Shown here in pieces: positions 62,911 through 64,000 of a stretch of 64,000 nt of DNA. Within the stretch, counting starts at the first letter, position 1; each line of letters begins with the position of its first letter. Where the stretch lies: NCBI GenBank assembly GCA_034780895.1, contig JAUZTB010000076.1, forward strand, positions 118,325,337 to 118,389,336, in the 5' to 3' direction. The DNA comes from Rhynchobatus australiae. Its lineage: Eukaryota. A program made the translations under genes and the position numbers. The notes beneath the pieces are model-generated. The model was not told the DNA's origin. It worked only from the letters and a program-made list of their open reading frames with translations, and ran no database searches.

Positions 62911-63268
62911 AATGCTACTCTGCTACAAGAAGCCAGGCTTTGATTAATCAACAGAAGCTACAATGGACATCTCCTAAATTATAAAGGAATAACATCAGAA
63001 CTAATATAATTCAATTTATGGGGTATCATGAATGGGCATAGAGAATAGGGTTTTGTTTTTCTAGTGCATTGCTGTCCTATCTTTTATACAGAAATTTGGG
63101 TGTTCTCTAACCAGAACTGTGTATCAATCCATATCATATTGAACATCAAATATTCCTTAAAGATATCTTAAATCACAGTTACCACATTACACAGTTTATA
63201 CTTCTAGCAGTCCACATTGCATTACAGATTTATTAATCTGTTCATTTTCTTTTGTGATTTAAAAAGAA

Positions 63269-63274
63269 AATAAA
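63269..63274 (+). terminator. candidate polyadenylation signal
   Basis: AATAAA about 360 nt after the stop codon; ATTAAA alternatives further downstream (~63610, ~63710). Confidence 0.35.
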
Positions 63275-64000
63275 GATTCAAAATTTAACAAATCCCTCTC
63301 TTTAGTTAAATCTACAAGTATGGGCACAATTAGATCACAAAGATGGTGCTCAGAGAATCATGATTTGGAACCTTGATTTATAATACAAATATAATATTCA
63401 AACTGGATTGGCCTTTAAATTTAGAAACAACTTGCTTTGTGCTATACAAGCGTTTTCCCAATTGGTTACTGAAATAATAATCCCTAAAACTAATGCATTT
63501 TCTATTGTGGTGTTTTAATTATGTTTGCTGGATGCTTTTGGTACAGATGTTTAGTACAAATCAAAAATATGCTTCAAGTTTAAAAACTGCTTTTATTTGC
63601 ACAAATGTAATTAAAATTCAGAAAGTGGGCAACTTTGATTCCTTTGCTTATGTTTCTAACTTGAGCCTTTCCTAAAAAATTTACCAAACCCTTTCCATAG
63701 ACAGTGGTGATTAAAGTATCTCCATCCACCTCCAGGTAAGATAAAAAAAAAATCAAAAATTAAACCATCACATAGGAATAGGACAGAAATCCTATTCACA
63801 TTACACAAATGGGAGCATGAGGAGGCCATCTGTTTCTCCAAGCTGCTGTGCCAATGATTTTCCACCTCAACTCCATTACACAGCCTATACCCATATCCAG
63901 AAATCTAGCTATCTTTATTTTTTGACCAAACTTAGAGACTACCCTAGAATGTGTGGAGGCTCAGAGAATCTAAATAGTCTTTGTCCTCCAAGTGAAGAAA

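Overview
Eukaryotic vertebrate genomic DNA in a gapped draft assembly. The repeat content (V-domain SINEs, Deu-domain SINEs, CR1, L2, Rex1/Babar, Penelope) suggests a cartilaginous fish; this is inference. The window holds one complete + strand, 21-exon classical calpain large-subunit gene (CAPN2-like), from ATG 1224 to TAA 62910. The exons I assembled by hand sum to 2103 nt (700 aa + stop), with an intact Cys105/His262/Asn286 triad, a C2-like (CBSW) domain and a penta-EF-hand domain. Notable splicing features: a U12-type intron 16, a GC donor on exon 10, a 12-nt microexon 11, and an exon-4 branch point apparently supplied by a SINE tail. Introns are filled with decayed retroelements. The most unusual non-coding signals are (i) a dispersed family of Penelope-derived fold-back elements with degenerate hammerhead-ribozyme cores, (ii) an LTR pair sharing a GGAGG target-site duplication around non-retroviral DNA, and (iii) a direct/inverted/direct template-switch scar. 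Most ORFs in the supplied track are spurious or TE remnants. Repeat boundaries are approximate, and family names come from motif recognition, not database searches.
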